NCBI RefSeq assembly: GCF_009914755.1
Contig: NC_060938.1
DNA length: 64,000 nucleotides
From: the human T2T-CHM13v2.0 reference genome, Homo sapiens
Strand: one strand, 5' to 3'
Shown here: piece after piece, positions 55,735-64,000 of the stretch
Position numbering within the stretch: position 1 is the stretch's first letter
Layout of the letters: the number at the start of each line of letters is the position of its first letter
Position numbers and translations under genes: made by a program
The notes under the pieces: generated by a model
What the model saw: the letters and a program-made list of their open reading frames with translations, nothing else
Told to the model about the DNA's origin: nothing
The model's database searches: none

Positions 55735-56262
55735 GTCAGACCATGACCCAATTGCCTGAAACTCTCAAGTGGCTTCTCACATCACTCAAGGAGCAAAAAC
55801 CTAAAAGGCCCTACACAGTTGGCTCCCTGCCACCTCTCTGATCTCTAACTCCACTCCAGCTCCTATCTGCACTTTGTCATTCATTTCTCAAACCCTCCAG
55901 GGCTTAAGCACTCCTTGTCCCTTTACGACATTCCTCATCTACAGGTCTGTTTGGCTCACTCACTTACCTTCTTCCACTTTGCTCAAATGCTACCTTCACA
56001 GTTAGGCTTTCTCTGAACACCTTACTGAAAATGGCAATCCCCTTCCTTCACCATCCTGTCCCCAACTTTTTCCCTATCCCCTTTCTCTGCCCCAATTTTC
56101 CCCAGTAGCTCTTATTGCCATTAGACTTTCTATGTATTTGACTTATTTGTTTATTAAATGTAAGCTCTCTGAAGGGAGAGATTTTAGTCTGTTTTGTTCC
56201 TTGAGATAGTCCCATTGCCTGGAACAGTTTCTGATTATGTAATAGGCACTTGATAAATATTT
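55735..56262 (+). mobile_element. LINE-2 (L2a-like) 3' fragment
   Basis: TGCTCAAATGCTACCTTC..ATGTAAGCTCTCTGAAGGGAGAGATTT..TAATAGGCACTTGATAAATATT. Confidence 0.8.
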
Positions 56263-57369
56263 TTAAATACATTCTAATATACTTATACTTCTGGTAAAGT
56301 TGGATAATTGGCACATGTGACTTAAGAACAATCAAGGACCATTCCAGGATGAGTTTGACTATATATGATTTAGGTTTTAGTTGCTTATGGAACCTAATTC
56401 CTATGTAAGATGCAACTCCCTGTAATTCTGAAGACAACATGGAGGCTCTGAAGGATTTTAAACAAGAGTTTGACAGGATCAGATTGATATATTTGGAAAG
56501 ATCACTCTGTCTGCACTGGAAGCACACACTGGAAGGGGATTGTATTAAAGGCAGGGCAATTGTAGAATGTTGCCAGAATCTCCCAAGAGATGATGATGCC
56601 CTCCGCTAAGGAAATGGTGATGGGGATGGAAAGGAGTAGATGATTTGAGAGATATAAAGAAATAAGATTTATAAAACTTGTTGTTGAAACTGTGGATTTT
56701 AGCTAGCTGTTCTGTAAAGACTTTCTAAGTTACACAGCTTATCCACATATCGCCAAGCTAGAAAAGGGGTCCTGAAACATCGTTTGCAAAATTGTGCTTA
56801 TCTATAGTTTATGGCTGTGTAAACACAGATGTTGGTTAAGACTAAAACTAAGTAACTGGGGATGGAGAGTGAAGGCAGGAAAACAGAGTTAAATTAATGC
56901 TGTGATTATAAACAGAACATAATGTTAGTGAAAATAAAGATGCTCCACTTAAGCCTATAGTAAACCATCAATTCAAAATAAGGTGTGCTTGCAAAATCAT
57001 TTTTGGTTTCTTTTTTGGAATATGGGATATATTTCCTAAAGATAAGAAATTCTAAGATTTCTAAGATGTGGTTAGGTTTATACCAATCTATTTGAGTAAA
57101 AAATGTAGATAGAAGGCATATTCATTAACATAAACAAATACAAGGAAGATTACTGTTGTAAAGACATTAAATAATATAGAAAATATGTAATGCCAACAAG
57201 ATATTTAATAATATTAACTTTTATTGTAGGTCCTTGAATACTAGCAAATTTAATTACATGGAAATAAGGACATGAATGAAAACTTGGAGATTATAAAGTG
57301 AATTTCTGGGTTCTTTTAAAAGATATAGGACTGGATCCTTAGCATATACAATGTAGAAGAAGATTAGGA

Positions 57370-57710
57370 GTTTTGGTTATGCAATGTATGTCAACTGAGT
57401 GGCATGGCTGCCAATATAGTTAATGTCTTAGACTGTATTAGTAGATATATTATGCCCACTCTGGGGAAAGTGGTAATCCTACTCTATTTTGCTCTGATCA
57501 ATCTGTATGTGGATACATGGAGTATTGTAGTTAGTATTGGACATGACACTTAGAAGAGGACAAAGACAAGCTAAAGGTTGTTCAAAGTTGATAAATTAAG
57601 AATCTGAGATTACTGGATAACCAGAAAATGTTTAGGGTGGATGTGAAGGGAATAAAAGATATGAAGGTGTCTTGTGCAGGAAGAATTAAGGATCCTGTCC
57701 TATACCCCTG
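57370..57710 (+). mobile_element. L3/CR1 LINE fragment
   Basis: GGCATGGCTGCC..CTTAGACTGTATTA..GTGGTAATCCTACTCTATTTTGCTCTGATCA..GGAGTATTGT; CR1 RT C-terminal region. Confidence 0.65.
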
Positions 57711-57711
57711 A

Positions 57712-63356
<5,645 letters not shown>

Positions 63357-64000
63357 TTTCCTAAAATTTTTGACACCTGTGTTAGCATCAGACAACTTTC
63401 ATAGTTGGGAAGTTTTCCTTTATGTCTAACTTTGTTGTTTATTTTCTCCCCATTAAAATATTTAAGAAATCTAATGGAACCATCCTTGAACACAGTTTTC
63501 TTACAGCTTGGTCGTCAGTGTGGATTCAAGATTACTGATGATTTTCAATCAAATGGGGACAATACAGTTGAAAGGTCTTTGAAAAATATTAAGTGCTATA
63601 TAAATATAACCTATATTATTGTGATTCAGATTATATGACTAGTATTGCTATTTTTCTTCAAAATTTACTCTCTTATCCTATAGTCCTTTTTTATCTTTCT
63701 GTGTAGAATCTGTTTTTTTTCCCTTCTCAGAATTGATTAGAATATATCAGGATGAACAGTATTAGAACTCAAATCATTCATAAAACACTATGTGGCCCTC
63801 TCATCATCTGCTCTGGTCTTTTGGAGCTATTTCACATAATGTCAACCTAACAAACATAACTGGATTTCTTAGCAAGTGTGGATTACACCCTTAGGTATAT
63901 TACATTATCGAAATACTCTTATGGCTCTTGTCTTCTAAGACAGTATGGAAATAAATGCATAACAAACAAAAAATATGGTAAAATTTAGCAAATGAAAAAA

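Noticed and set aside
56048-56527. 159-aa ORF
   Set aside because: Spans two oppositely oriented L2 fragments, starts at a non-ATG codon and has no recognisable domain.
56728-56822. TTACACAGC / GCTGTGTAA inverted pair as MITE ends
   Set aside because: Only 9 bp, with no TSD or internal similarity I can support.

Overview
Primate (human-like) nuclear DNA: AT-rich, CpG-depleted and dominated by interspersed repeats. I see no protein-coding exon, CpG island or RNA gene, so it is intergenic or deep intronic, and I cannot name the locus. Main contents: a full-length but inactivated L1PA6-like LINE-1 (16040-22154) with TSD; a complete THE1D-like MaLR provirus (9586-11901); a 5.6 kb L1MA-type element that keeps its 5' end but lacks its 3' half (57712-63356); eight Alus plus a FAM monomer; solo LTRs (THE1B, MSTA, MER34, MER57, LTR33, MLT1); DNA-transposon MITEs (MER3, MER20, two MER53, MER58); and many MIR, L2, L3 and old L1 fragments. 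Nearly all long ORFs in the track are repeat-derived or spurious. I found no convincing new multi-gene system. The best leads are small structural signals: a 33-bp inverted templated insertion with a 13-bp flanking duplication, copied from 2 kb upstream; an N-terminally extended ORF0 in the L1 5' UTR; a perfect miR-1302-like MER53 hairpin with an apparent compensatory change; a dispersed duplication of an L1 tail plus its flank; a possible inversion around the large L1MA; a candidate 9-nt microexon; and candidate CTCF and enhancer sites. Subfamily names come from recalled consensus features, and boundaries of old repeats are approximate.
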